A stretch of 64,000 nt of DNA from assembly GCA_041657885.1 (NCBI GenBank), contig JBBABB010000001.1, positions 267,184-331,183 of the forward strand, in the 5' to 3' direction. Of the stretch, positions 9,235 to 18,825 are shown in pieces. Source of the stretch: Minisyncoccota bacterium (GTDB lineage: Bacteria; Patescibacteriota; Minisyncoccia; Phycocordibacterales; UBA9973). The translations under genes were made by a program, and so were the position numbers. Below the pieces are notes generated by a model. It saw only the letters and a list, made by a program, of their open reading frames with translations, had not been told where the DNA came from and did no database searches. Within the stretch, counting starts at the first letter, position 1. Each line of letters begins with the position of its first letter.

Positions 9235-10716
9235 TTATTTTACTTTCTTAACAATTTTCATGAATAAATCGTTGCGTTCATATTCGTTGTTAAACATTCC
9301 AAATGATGCAAAAGCAGGAGAGAAAAGAATTGTGTCACCTTTCTTTGCTAGTTTAATTGCTTTTTGAATTACGTCTTTCAAATCCTTCCCTATTTCATTC
9401 GTAATTGGTAATTTGTAATTCTTAATTAATTTTTCTGTTCCACTTCCTTCCAGAAAAATTACCGCTTTACAATATTTATTTATAACTTTTACAAAATCAC
9501 CAAGCGGAAGATTTTTGTCTGAACCCCCACAAATTAAAACAATTTTCTTTCCCCCTAGGCCTTGCCTAGGGGACACCAATGCTTCTATCCCCGCTATTGT
9601 CGCATCGGGGGTTGTAGCATTGTTATCATTGTAAATTTTTATTCCCTTATATATTTTTAGTAGTTGGAGACGTCCCTCTAATCCTTTAAATTTTTCTATA
9701 CTCTTTTTAATAGCTTCCATTGGCACGCCAAGCACTTGTGCGACGGCTACTGCACAAGCCATATTTTCTCGATGGTGGATTCCAGGGACATTGAATTTCC
9801 AACTTTCAACATCTTTTTTATCTATAACAATCAACTTTCCTTTTATTTCATTTTTATTTATTAACTTTTTCATTCCAGGACGGATAATAAGAATATCTCC
9901 CTTTTTTTGAAATTTAAAAATATTTGCCTTATCACTAAAATATCTCTCCATTGCTTTACTTGTAGTGAACTTAGTTGAACTATAATAATTCATATGGTCA
10001 GGCATAAATGTTGTAAAAACGGAAATATGAGGAGAAAGTTTCGCTTCGCCGAACCCTTGTAATTGCCAAGAATCTAATTCACAAACTAAAATATCACCAT
10101 CTTTTACTTTTTTAAGCAACGGTAATGTTGCAACACCACGAAGATTGCCACCTAAATATACATTTCTTTTTCCTCGTCCCGCCGTAGCCTTGGCGGAGGA
10201 GGATAAAATCTCATAAATCAAAGTTGTCGTCATCGATTTCCCTCTTGTCCCTGTTACTCCGATTATCATTACACCAGGTGCACATTTAGCAAAAAGAGAG
10301 ACGTCCATCTCAACGGGAATATTATTCTTTTTTGCCTCAGCAATATAGATGGAATCAAGAGGAACCCCTGCAGATTTTATAATCATATCTCTATCTTTAA
10401 AATTCTCAAGCCTATGTTCTCCTAAGACAAATTTTACTTTAGCTCCGTGATCGCGAAGCGATTTTACGGGGTTTTTTGAATTCTTATCCTTAATTCTTAA
10501 CCCGCCTGCTCCCGAACTATCGTGAGGGCGGGCAGGTTCGTAATTCTTAATTGCTTCTACTGAAGCTTTGAGTTGTTCTTTTGTCTTCAAGTCTGTGACT
10601 ATCAAATCTGCCCCGCATTCTGCCAAGAATTTGGTATATCCCAACCCACGTCCCAAAATCCCCAGTCCCATAACTGTAATTTTCTTCCCCTTAAAAAATT
10701 GTTTGTAATTTTTCAT
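9235..10716 (-). CDS. murD: UDP-N-acetylmuramoyl-L-alanine--D-glutamate ligase, with five palindromic inserts
   Basis: GTRGKSMTT, ELDSWQL, DHMNYY, NDNNATT, SPAFASF. Confidence 0.95.
   Translation of the reverse strand: MKNYKQFFKGKKITVMGLGILGRGLGYTKFLAECGADLIVTDLKTKEQLKASVEAIKNYEPARPHDSSGAGGLRIKDKNSKNPVKSLRDHGAKVKFVLGEHRLENFKDRDMIIKSAGVPLDSIYIAEAKKNNIPVEMDVSLFAKCAPGVMIIGVTGTRGKSMTTTLIYEILSSSAKATAGRGKRNVYLGGNLRGVATLPLLKKVKDGDILVCELDSWQLQGFGEAKLSPHISVFTTFMPDHMNYYSSTKFTTSKAMERYFSDKANIFKFQKKGDILIIRPGMKKLINKNEIKGKLIVIDKKDVESWKFNVPGIHHRENMACAVAVAQVLGVPMEAIKKSIEKFKGLEGRLQLLKIYKGIKIYNDNNATTPDATIAGIEALVSPRQGLGGKKIVLICGGSDKNLPLGDFVKVINKYCKAVIFLEGSGTEKLIKNYKLPITNEIGKDLKDVIQKAIKLAKKGDTILFSPAFASFGMFNNEYERNDLFMKIVKKVK
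9552..9572. repeat. In-frame palindrome, CCTAGG-nnn-CCTAGG family
   Basis: cccctaggccttgcctagggg (PRQGLG); relatives at 37524, 30123, 41429, 53121, 53144. Confidence 0.75.
9958..9982 (-). repeat. In-frame REP-like element in murD
   Basis: sense tagttcaactaagttcactacaagt (SSTKFTTS); resembles 51937-51959. Confidence 0.55.
10176..10203 (-). repeat. In-frame REP-like element, CCGCC..GGCTACGGCG family
   Basis: sense tcctcctccgccaaggctacggcgggac (SSSAKATAG). Confidence 0.8.
10443..10471. repeat. In-frame palindrome in murD
   Basis: ctccgtgatcgcgaagcgattttacgggg (PVKSLRDHG). Confidence 0.7.
10501..10536 (-). repeat. In-frame element, CCTGCCCG..GCAGGCGGG family (36 nt)
   Basis: cccgcctgctcccgaactatcgtgagggcgggcagg (PARPHDSSGAGG); near-identical arms at 40040 and 42121. 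Confidence 0.9.
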
Positions 10717-10722
10717 TATTTT

Positions 10723-10753
10723 ACATTCTCACATTCTTGAGAATGTCGGAATG
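10723..10753. repeat. Intergenic ACATTCT-TG-AGAATGT palindrome
   Basis: acattctcacattcttgagaatgtcggaatg; copies at 15406, 56857, 57183. Confidence 0.85.
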
Positions 10754-10761
10754 TTATTTTT

Positions 10762-12429
10762 TTAATTTATTTCTCTTTTGTAACAATCCTCACAGTATAT
10801 TTTATATTGGTTATGTTTTTCTTTGGGATATGTTGTTTGTGTTATATTACCACAAGAAGCACATTTCACTTCATTGAGAATTCTAGGATTTCGAGCATCC
10901 ATACGAGCTTGATGACGACAGTTGAAACATTTTGGTGGAATTGGTAATTTCATTCTTTTATAAAATGCAATTTCTCTTGAAATAAATTTATAATTATTAC
11001 CACAAGATTCACATTTCAAAATTTTATCAAGAAGCCCATCATCATTATACATCTCTGGATTTTTAGGTAAATCTTCATAATTACAATTTTCTTGCCCTTT
11101 TGTATGCGGAATATCATCTCGCCATCTAAATCCTTGCTCAATTGCCTCTTCTTTTGTAAGTGGCATATATTCATTAGCAATTGATTCATTATAACCAAAA
11201 GGACTCATCCAAATTGGAAAGAAGTTTCCCCAATCACCACTTTCTTTCATATTTTTAATAATTTGTGGCACAAGTTTTTCATATTCATCTTTGGGGTAAG
11301 GTTTATTTAAAATATGATATTCCTTATTTCGCAAACCAAAACAACCAAAACAATTCTTAGAATTATAGCAAGTATTCGAATAATACATGTAATTCGATTC
11401 TACAACGAGCTGTATCCCAATAACATTATTACTATTACCACCAGTTAAAACCTGATAACCGTACTCGACATCAACAGTAAAAGAAACATCTCGTGATTCA
11501 ATTGGGTTATTAACCGTATAACAATAACTACTATTTTCGCCTCCATTTTTTATATCAAAAGATTGTTGGACATTATGAGCATCATAAATATGATCCCCTG
11601 ACACATTATTATTATGAGACCCAAAGACAGTTCGCGTTGGCATTTTCTTTCTTAATTCTTCTCTTTTACCTAAAAAATATAAGATGCTTGCCTCACTATT
11701 TAGCGGATATTTTTCTAAAAATTTTTGATATTCTTCTTTTGTAAATTGTTCATTAAAAATACAATTATTTTTATGACGCAAGCCGACACAGCCAATACAA
11801 TTTACACAATCTCTGCAATCATAAAGTCCGATAGAATCTGCACAAGATTCACACTCTTGTGAATAAAATAATTTATTGCAGTTTACACAATCTATACACT
11901 CATAACAAAGCTCACATTTATTTATATAAAGATTATCTACACAATCAGTAGAATACCAAACAATATGTCCATAGTCACAATTTTCATCCTCAACACAACC
12001 AAAAATTAAATAACAATTTTTTGACCTAAGGGCAAAATTTGAATATTCACAATTTACACTATTTACATTAGTAATAGCAAAATGAGGCACTTTGTTTTCA
12101 AGTTCACCTAATTGTTCAATAAACGACTTGGTTAAATCTAAAGGAACAGCATATTCTCCTGCTTCCCAATCATCAGCCCACCATTCAGCGATATCCCAAA
12201 CAGGAAATGGAACATCAGGATTATACATAGAAATAATCATTTTGTTAGATTTGCTTGATGGTCGTTTATATAATGTTTTGAAATTTCTAAAAAGCATTTG
12301 CTGTTGTTGACGACATGTAGGGCAAAATTCTGGTACAGGTACTTTCATTCGATCGTAAAAAATATGATCATTCTGATCTACAATAAATCGATTTTTACAT
12401 TTTTGACAATTTTTTGTTTCTGTTTGCAT
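10762..12429 (-). CDS. Cys-rich hypothetical protein, paralog 1
   Basis: N-terminal CxxC pairs, ELCYEC repeats, CFGCFGLR, C-terminal zinc ribbons. Confidence 0.85.
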   Translation of the reverse strand: MQTETKNCQKCKNRFIVDQNDHIFYDRMKVPVPEFCPTCRQQQQMLFRNFKTLYKRPSSKSNKMIISMYNPDVPFPVWDIAEWWADDWEAGEYAVPLDLTKSFIEQLGELENKVPHFAITNVNSVNCEYSNFALRSKNCYLIFGCVEDENCDYGHIVWYSTDCVDNLYINKCELCYECIDCVNCNKLFYSQECESCADSIGLYDCRDCVNCIGCVGLRHKNNCIFNEQFTKEEYQKFLEKYPLNSEASILYFLGKREELRKKMPTRTVFGSHNNNVSGDHIYDAHNVQQSFDIKNGGENSSYCYTVNNPIESRDVSFTVDVEYGYQVLTGGNSNNVIGIQLVVESNYMYYSNTCYNSKNCFGCFGLRNKEYHILNKPYPKDEYEKLVPQIIKNMKESGDWGNFFPIWMSPFGYNESIANEYMPLTKEEAIEQGFRWRDDIPHTKGQENCNYEDLPKNPEMYNDDGLLDKILKCESCGNNYKFISREIAFYKRMKLPIPPKCFNCRHQARMDARNPRILNEVKCASCGNITQTTYPKEKHNQYKIYCEDCYKREIN

Positions 12430-12462
12430 TTTAATTCTTAATTCGTAATTATTAATTCTTAA

Positions 12463-13938
12463 TTACTCAAAGCATTTCTGCAATTCTTCCATATCATCAA
12501 AATGGGTTTTCAAACCATTCACTTCTTGATAATCCTCATGACCTTTGCCAGCAATAAGGACGAAGTCGCCTGCGAGTGCTAACGAGCAGGCTTTCTCTAT
12601 GGCCATGTGTCTATCTTCTATTATATGAACTTTATCTTTAAGAGAGAGACCTTTCAATCCTTTTTTCATTTCTTTTAAAATATCTACTGGTTTTTCAGTT
12701 CGAGGATTATCAGACGTGAGAATAAGAATATCACTCATATCATAACCAATTTTTGCCATGATAGGCCGTTTGCTTTTATCTCGGTCTCCACCACAACCAA
12801 TAACTGCAATAACTCGTCCATTTTCCTTCATTCCATTTGCAGTTTTTAAAACATTTTCTAATGCGTCTGGAGTGTGAGCATAATCAACTATTCCAGTTAC
12901 TCCACTTTTACTTTTTATGTATTGAAATCGCCCTGGAACTGCTTCTAGTATTTTAATAATTTCTTTTATTTTTTCCCCGCCTTGTATTGCTTCAGGCGAG
13001 GCAAGTTTATCTCCATATAGAAGTAAAATTGCAACAGCATAAATTCCAAGCAAATTATAAGCATTAAATTCTCCAATTAATTTTGATTCAAATCTTTCGT
13101 TAAAATATTCGCACAGGTCTGACCTGTGCAAAATCTGCATAGGTCTGACCTGTGCATTTTTTAACCCAAAAGCATACTTTTTGGCTTTCGTCGTACTTAA
13201 CATATATTCTCCCTTTTCATCATCAATATTGGCTATTGCAAAACCTGTGGCGGGCAACATATCAAAGAAGCCCTTTTTTGCATCACAATAATTATCGATA
13301 GTTTTATGATAATCTAAGTGATCAAGTGTAAGATTTGTAAATATACCACCAACAAAAGAAAGTGCTGTTATTCTCTTTTCGCTAAACGAATGTGAGCTAA
13401 CTTCCATAAAACAATATTCGCAACTATTATCTACCATTCGAGCTAATAATTCATTTAAGGTTATGGAATCAGGAGTTGTTCTAGTTGCTTCAAAAAATTC
13501 ATCATTTATTTTGTTTACCACGGTCCCAATCATTCCAGCCTTATATCCTAAATTACGGAAAAGTTGGTGTAGAAGAGTCACGGTAGTAGTTTTTCCATTT
13601 GTTCCTGTCACCCCTATCAATTTTAATTTACGAGATGGATTACCATAAAAATTACCTGCAATTACGCCAACAACACTGTGGGTATCTGCTACTTTTATAT
13701 AAGTAACACCATTTTTAAATTCTTTAGGATTATTTTCATAAACTATTGTTGTTGCTCCTTTTTCAATAACTTCATCTATGAAAGAGTGTCCATCTAGAAC
13801 ATTCCCCCTTAACGCGACGAAAATAGCATGAGGTTCTATAACTTTAGAATTGAGCGACACGGAAGACACATGGGCTTCAAGATTACCATGACTTTCTAAA
13901 ACTGGGATATTTTCTAATAGTTCGCTTAGTATTTTCAT
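12463..13938 (-). CDS. murE: UDP-N-acetylmuramoyl-tripeptide synthetase MurE (mDAP-type DNPR)
   Basis: GTNGKTT, MEVSSH, DYAHTPD, GCGGDRD, DNPR, GKGHE; ATG at 13938 preferred as start. Confidence 0.96.
   Translation of the reverse strand: MKILSELLENIPVLESHGNLEAHVSSVSLNSKVIEPHAIFVALRGNVLDGHSFIDEVIEKGATTIVYENNPKEFKNGVTYIKVADTHSVVGVIAGNFYGNPSRKLKLIGVTGTNGKTTTVTLLHQLFRNLGYKAGMIGTVVNKINDEFFEATRTTPDSITLNELLARMVDNSCEYCFMEVSSHSFSEKRITALSFVGGIFTNLTLDHLDYHKTIDNYCDAKKGFFDMLPATGFAIANIDDEKGEYMLSTTKAKKYAFGLKNAQVRPMQILHRSDLCEYFNERFESKLIGEFNAYNLLGIYAVAILLLYGDKLASPEAIQGGEKIKEIIKILEAVPGRFQYIKSKSGVTGIVDYAHTPDALENVLKTANGMKENGRVIAVIGCGGDRDKSKRPIMAKIGYDMSDILILTSDNPRTEKPVDILKEMKKGLKGLSLKDKVHIIEDRHMAIEKACSLALAGDFVLIAGKGHEDYQEVNGLKTHFDDMEELQKCFE
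12975..13005 (-). repeat. In-frame element, CYTGCCTCGC..CAAGGCGGG family
   Basis: sense cttgcctcgcctgaagcaatacaaggcgggg (LASPEAIQGG); relative at 14643. Confidence 0.7.
13111..13155. repeat. Tandem pair of CACAGGTC-W-GACCTGTG palindromes in frame in murE
   Basis: gcacaggtctgacctgtgc and gcataggtctgacctgtgc; intergenic copy at 43967. Confidence 0.85.
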
Positions 13939-13943
13939 CGATT

Positions 13944-14519
13944 TTATTTGTTTAACCAATTTTTATATTCTTCAATAATTTTTTGAGAAACTTCTTCAAG
14001 GGGTATTTGCGATGTATCAATTACCAAATCAAAATTATCATGAGCAGTAAAGTTCTCTATATCATATAATTTTTTATATCTTTTTCTTTCGCTTAAAAGA
14101 CGAGTGTTTATACTTTCCATAATACTTTCTCTTGTATCAAAACCAGAGGATTCAGTATGTCTGTTAGGATTTGATTTTTTATCTTCTAGAATTCTTTCCG
14201 AGGCAATACTTGGGTCAAGTTCTAAAAATACTTTAAATGATTCAGGTATAAAATAAAAACCGAGACGTGAATCTAAAACAACATCTTCTTTTTTACCTAT
14301 TTCTAAATTTCTATCATCTAACTCTTTATCTATAGAATTATCAGTTTCTGCATCTAAACCTAATTCAGCCAATGAAATTCCTTTATCATTCGCAATGGAA
14401 CGCATAAAGTCCCCAGTAGAATAATGTTTATAACCTAGAATTTCTGCCATTCTTTTTGCTGTTGATGACTTACCGCTTCCAAGCTTGCCAGCTATAGTGA
14501 TAATATGCTTTTTGTTCAT
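13944..14519 (-). CDS. cmk: Cytidylate kinase (archaeal-type Cmk family)
   Basis: IAGKLGSGKSST, STGDFMR, LDSRL, RYKKLY. Confidence 0.85.
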   Translation of the reverse strand: MNKKHIITIAGKLGSGKSSTAKRMAEILGYKHYSTGDFMRSIANDKGISLAELGLDAETDNSIDKELDDRNLEIGKKEDVVLDSRLGFYFIPESFKVFLELDPSIASERILEDKKSNPNRHTESSGFDTRESIMESINTRLLSERKRYKKLYDIENFTAHDNFDLVIDTSQIPLEEVSQKIIEEYKNWLNK

Positions 14520-14576
14520 AAACTTATTCTATCATAAATGATAGTCAAATAAAAACCCTTATGGTATAGTATTCTT

Positions 14577-15770
14577 ATGAAAATTCTGGCGATTGAAACA
14601 TCGTGTGACGAAACAGGAATAAGTATATTGGAGGTGAAAAAACCTGCCTCGCGCCAAGGCGGGTCTGGTAAAAAAGATATTTTTAAAATTTTAGCCAATA
14701 ATATACATTCCCAAGTTGAAATTCACGCCCAATATGGCGGTGTTTTCCCTGCTCTGGCTAAAAGAGAACATATAAAGAATCTACCTATTCTTTTTGAAAA
14801 AACAATTAAACAAGCAAAAATAAAAATAGAACAAATTGATGCAATCGCTGTAACATATGGACCTGGTCTTGAACCAGCCCTTTGGACTGGAATAGTTTTT
14901 GCTAAGGAACTTTCAAAGAAATACAATATTCCAATCGTGAAAGTTAATCATATGGAGGGTCATATATTTTCTATATTTCCCAAAAAAAGAAAAACATTCA
15001 CAATTGATTCTGATAAAAAAATATTCCCAATGCTTTCACTTCTTGTTTCAGGTGGACACACTGAACTTATTTTAGTAAAAAATTGGCACAAATATAAAAA
15101 AATAGGGCAAACGCGAGATGATGCAGTTGGGGAAGCTTTTGATAAAGTAGCACGTATGCTTGGACTTCCCTATCCGGGAGGACCAGAGGTCTCAAAGCTG
15201 GCAGAAATAGAACGAGAAAAAATTCCCCTCTCGAGGGGTGGCTTGAAAAGTCGGGGTGGATGCATTCCACCTCCCCCTTCGGGTACTCCTCAAGAGGAGA
15301 ATCTGCAACTCCCACGTCCTATGATTTATTCAAAAGATTATGATTTCTCTTTTTCGGGATTAAAAACCGCAGTATTGTATCTAATAAGAGATTTAAAAAA
15401 AGAACATTCCGACATTCTTGAGAATGTCGGAATAAAACAAAAAATCGCAAAAGAATTTGAAGATGCGGTAGTTGAAACATTAGTATACAAAACAATAAAA
15501 GCAATTAAAGAATATAAAATAAAAACTCTTATTGTTGGTGGTGGGGTCTCGGCAAATAAATATTTACAGGAGATAATGAACAAAGAAGTAAAAAATCTAA
15601 ATTTTAGTAGTCGGACTACTAAAATTTTAACAAAAGTTCACTTCCCTTCTAAAAGTTTAACTGGAGATAATGCTCTTATGATTGCTATCGCTGGATATTT
15701 TCAATATAAAAATAAAAAAGGAGTAAAAAATTTAAATTCTATAAAAGCCAAAGGAAATTTATCTTTATGA
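14577..15770 (+). CDS. tsaD: tRNA N6-threonylcarbamoyltransferase TsaD, with four palindromic inserts
   Basis: IETSCDET, NHMEGH, VSGGHT, DDAVGEAFDK, DNALMI. Confidence 0.97.
   Translation: MKILAIETSCDETGISILEVKKPASRQGGSGKKDIFKILANNIHSQVEIHAQYGGVFPALAKREHIKNLPILFEKTIKQAKIKIEQIDAIAVTYGPGLEPALWTGIVFAKELSKKYNIPIVKVNHMEGHIFSIFPKKRKTFTIDSDKKIFPMLSLLVSGGHTELILVKNWHKYKKIGQTRDDAVGEAFDKVARMLGLPYPGGPEVSKLAEIEREKIPLSRGGLKSRGGCIPPPPSGTPQEENLQLPRPMIYSKDYDFSFSGLKTAVLYLIRDLKKEHSDILENVGIKQKIAKEFEDAVVETLVYKTIKAIKEYKIKTLIVGGGVSANKYLQEIMNKEVKNLNFSSRTTKILTKVHFPSKSLTGDNALMIAIAGYFQYKNKKGVKNLNSIKAKGNLSL
14643..14663 (+). repeat. In-frame element in tsaD (21 nt)
   Basis: cctgcctcgcgccaaggcggg (PASRQGG). Confidence 0.7.
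15222..15302. repeat. In-frame two-arm element in tsaD (81 nt)
   Basis: attcccctctcgagggg...ctcctcaagaggagaat (IPLSRGG..GTPQEEN). Confidence 0.8.
15406..15433. repeat. In-frame ACATTCT-TG-AGAATGT palindrome in tsaD
   Basis: attccgacattcttgagaatgtcggaat (HSDILENVGI); identical to the core at 57188-57215. Confidence 0.9.
15600..15626. repeat. In-frame palindrome in tsaD (AGT-nnn-ACT core)
   Basis: aattttagtagt-cgg-actactaaaatt (NFSSRTTKI). Confidence 0.65.
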
Positions 15771-15792
15771 TAAAATATGTTATATTTTATAT

Positions 15793-17994
15793 ATGAATAA
15801 TGACCAGCCCAACATTGACCCAAAATTCTTAAAACCATACAATCCACAAGAAACGGAAGATAGAATATATAAACTCTGGGAAGAGAGTGGTTTTTTTAAC
15901 CCAGATGTTTGTATTGAAAAAGGAATAATAGAGGAAAATGCTGAACCTTTTACTATAATAATGCCTCCGACTAATGCCAATGGGTCACTTCACGCCGGGC
16001 ACGGACTTGTGATGACAATTGAAGACCTAATGGTCCGATATAAAAGAATGCGCGGTTTTAAAACTCTTTGGCTTCCAGGACTTGACCATGCAGGATTTGA
16101 AACCCAAGTAGTTTATGAAAAAAAATTAGAAAAAGAAGGACGGACTCGATTTGGCATGGAAAGAAATGAACTATACAAAGAAATTTTAGATTTTACATTG
16201 CTTAACTCCTCAAATATCAAAGGTCAAGTTAGAAAAATGGGGGCCTCTTGCGATTGGTCACGAGAAAAGTTCACTCTTGATGACAATGTTATAAAAATTG
16301 TTTATAAAACATTTAAAAAACTTTATGATGATGAGTTGCTTTATAGAGGAAAAAGAATTATAAGCTGGTGTTCTAAACATCAAACTTCTTTTGCAGATAT
16401 AGAAATAAAAGACGAAGAAAAAATAGAACCTTATTATTATCTCAAATATGGTCCATTTATTATTTCTACTTCACGACCAGAAACAAAATTTGGTGATAAA
16501 TATGTCGTCATGCATCCAGACGATGAAAGATATGCTGAATACAAAGATGGACAAAAGATAGATCTCGAATGGATTAATGAACCAATAACAGCTACCATTA
16601 TTAAAGATAATGTTGTAGATATGGAATTCGGCACAGGAGTTATGACTATCACACCTTGGCATGATGTAATTGATTTTGAAATCGCTCAAAGACATAATTT
16701 AGAAAAAGAACAGATAATAGATGAAAACGGAAAACTTTTACCGATAGCCGGAGAATTTGCTGGAATGCATATAAAAAAGGCTCGTCCTTTAATCATTGAA
16801 AAATTACGAGGCAAAGGATTGGTTGAAAAAATAGAAGAAGACTACAAACACGTTATTCATACATGTTATAAATGTGGTACTACTATAGAACCTCAAATAC
16901 AAAATCAATGGTTTGTAAAAACAAAACCACTTGCTGAAAAAGCTCTTAAAAAAATACTAGAGGGAGAAATACAATATATCCCAGAACATTATAAAAAAAT
17001 TACAACTCATTGGTTAGAAAATATAATAGATTGGAATATTTCTCGTCAAATCGTATGGGGTATACCAATTCCTGCAAAAATCTGCGATAAATGTGAAAGT
17101 GGTTTTGTAGATTTAGAAGACAAAATTACAAAATGTGAAAAGTGCGGGAGTGAAGTTCGAAAAGATAATGATACCTTTGATACTTGGTTCTCATCAGCAC
17201 AGTGGCCATTTGCAGTATTTGACTATCCAGATGGAAAAGATTTTAAAATTTTTTACCCAACAAACGTTTTAGAAACTGCTGGGGATATTTTTCATTGGGT
17301 GGCAAGAATGATAATGCTAGGACTTTATATCACAGGGAAATCTCCATTTAACACAGTTTATATGCATGGTATGGTCCTTGACGCCAAAGGACAAAAAATG
17401 AGTAAAAGTAAGGGCAATGTTATTGATCCACTCACTTTAACCGATAAATATGGAATAGATGCCTTTAGAATAGGAATGGTAGTCGGGAATACTCCTGGTA
17501 CTTCTCTTTCTTTGTCCGAAGATAAAATTAGAGCTTATAAAAATTATGCGAATAAACTTTGGAATATAACTCGATTTGTATTGAGTAATACAAAATTTGT
17601 TAAATATAATGAAAAGTTTGAAGAATATACAGAAAGAGAAAATAATTTAATTGAAGAAATAGATGGATTGATAAAAGAAATCACCAAAGAAATGGATGGA
17701 TATAAATTCTATCTTGTTGGAGAAAAGATATACCAATACACTTGGTCTCGTTTTGCTGATGTAATAATAGAAGAAAGTAAGAATATTCTTATGGGAGATG
17801 ATGAAAAAGCACCTGCTTCCGCACAAGGCTCCAGCGAGACACAGAAAATTTCAAGAGCACAATTTTTGCTTGGAACATTAATAAAAATTCTTAAGATACT
17901 TCACCCATTCATGCCATTTGTGACAGAAGAAATATGGGGCATGATGCCAGTTCCCAATAAGAGATTATTAATGGTAGAAAAGTGGCCAAGTTAA
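15793..17994 (+). CDS. valS: Valine--tRNA ligase (short form without C-terminal coiled coil)
   Basis: HAGH, WLPGLDHAG, DWNISRQ, DTWFSS, KMSKS, LHPFMPFVTEEIW. Confidence 0.96.
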   Translation: MNNDQPNIDPKFLKPYNPQETEDRIYKLWEESGFFNPDVCIEKGIIEENAEPFTIIMPPTNANGSLHAGHGLVMTIEDLMVRYKRMRGFKTLWLPGLDHAGFETQVVYEKKLEKEGRTRFGMERNELYKEILDFTLLNSSNIKGQVRKMGASCDWSREKFTLDDNVIKIVYKTFKKLYDDELLYRGKRIISWCSKHQTSFADIEIKDEEKIEPYYYLKYGPFIISTSRPETKFGDKYVVMHPDDERYAEYKDGQKIDLEWINEPITATIIKDNVVDMEFGTGVMTITPWHDVIDFEIAQRHNLEKEQIIDENGKLLPIAGEFAGMHIKKARPLIIEKLRGKGLVEKIEEDYKHVIHTCYKCGTTIEPQIQNQWFVKTKPLAEKALKKILEGEIQYIPEHYKKITTHWLENIIDWNISRQIVWGIPIPAKICDKCESGFVDLEDKITKCEKCGSEVRKDNDTFDTWFSSAQWPFAVFDYPDGKDFKIFYPTNVLETAGDIFHWVARMIMLGLYITGKSPFNTVYMHGMVLDAKGQKMSKSKGNVIDPLTLTDKYGIDAFRIGMVVGNTPGTSLSLSEDKIRAYKNYANKLWNITRFVLSNTKFVKYNEKFEEYTERENNLIEEIDGLIKEITKEMDGYKFYLVGEKIYQYTWSRFADVIIEESKNILMGDDEKAPASAQGSSETQKISRAQFLLGTLIKILKILHPFMPFVTEEIWGMMPVPNKRLLMVEKWPS
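17812..17844 (+). repeat. Degenerate in-frame REP-like element in valS
   Basis: cctgcttccgcacaaggctccagcgagacacag (PASAQGSSETQ). Confidence 0.5.
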
Positions 17995-18102
17995 AACCTG
18001 TCCCGTACTAAATTTTTGATTAGGAAAAAATAAGAACATAAATAATTTATATAATATGAAGTCGAACAAAATGATGATTAATATTAAAATTTTAGTACTG
18101 GG

Positions 18103-18816
18103 ATGATTGAATTATTACAAAATCCTAAAATACTCTTGTTCGCCATTATAAGTGGTATAGTTCCAGCTATATTTTGGCTTTGGTTTTGGCTAAAAGAAGA
18201 AGATGAAGACGATCGTGAACCAATAGGACTTATCATTATATCTTTCATACTTGGTGGATTAATGGTTTTTGTTGCTGTTTGGCTTGAAAAATACTCCCTA
18301 AACTTTATTAAAGATAGTACTGTAAAAATTGTAACGTGGGCAACCATTGAAGAATTGCTTAAGTTTTTTGGCGTGGCAATTATTATATTCGGAAATCGTA
18401 ATATCAATGAGCCAATAGATTATCCTATATATTTTATAGCAACAGCACTAGGATTTGCTGCACTGGAAAATTTCCTTTATTTATTAAATCCATTTAATGT
18501 AAGCGGAACAATGGTCGGTATGCTTACTGGGAATTTGAGGTTCCTTGGTTCTACTTTACTACATGCCATATCAAGTGCTATGATAGGTAGTGCTCTGGGA
18601 TTATCTTTTTACCTAAAAAAATATCGAGCAATATATCTTTTCGCTGGTATATTATGTGCTGTCGCCTTGCATAGTGTCTTTAATTTTTTTATAATGAAAG
18701 GAAGTGGTGAAAATTTCCTTTCTGTTTTTGGATTTTTGTGGGTCGTCACGATTATTAACATACTTATATTTGAAAAATTAAAACGTATGGGCAAACATGT
18801 TCCCGTACTTAATTAA
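18103..18816 (+). CDS. prsW: PrsW-family intramembrane glutamic protease
   Basis: EP..IEELLK, GFAALEN, LHA, HSVFN motifs. Confidence 0.9.
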   Translation: MIELLQNPKILLFAIISGIVPAIFWLWFWLKEEDEDDREPIGLIIISFILGGLMVFVAVWLEKYSLNFIKDSTVKIVTWATIEELLKFFGVAIIIFGNRNINEPIDYPIYFIATALGFAALENFLYLLNPFNVSGTMVGMLTGNLRFLGSTLLHAISSAMIGSALGLSFYLKKYRAIYLFAGILCAVALHSVFNFFIMKGSGENFLSVFGFLWVVTIINILIFEKLKRMGKHVPVLN

Positions 18817-18825
18817 ATAAATAAT

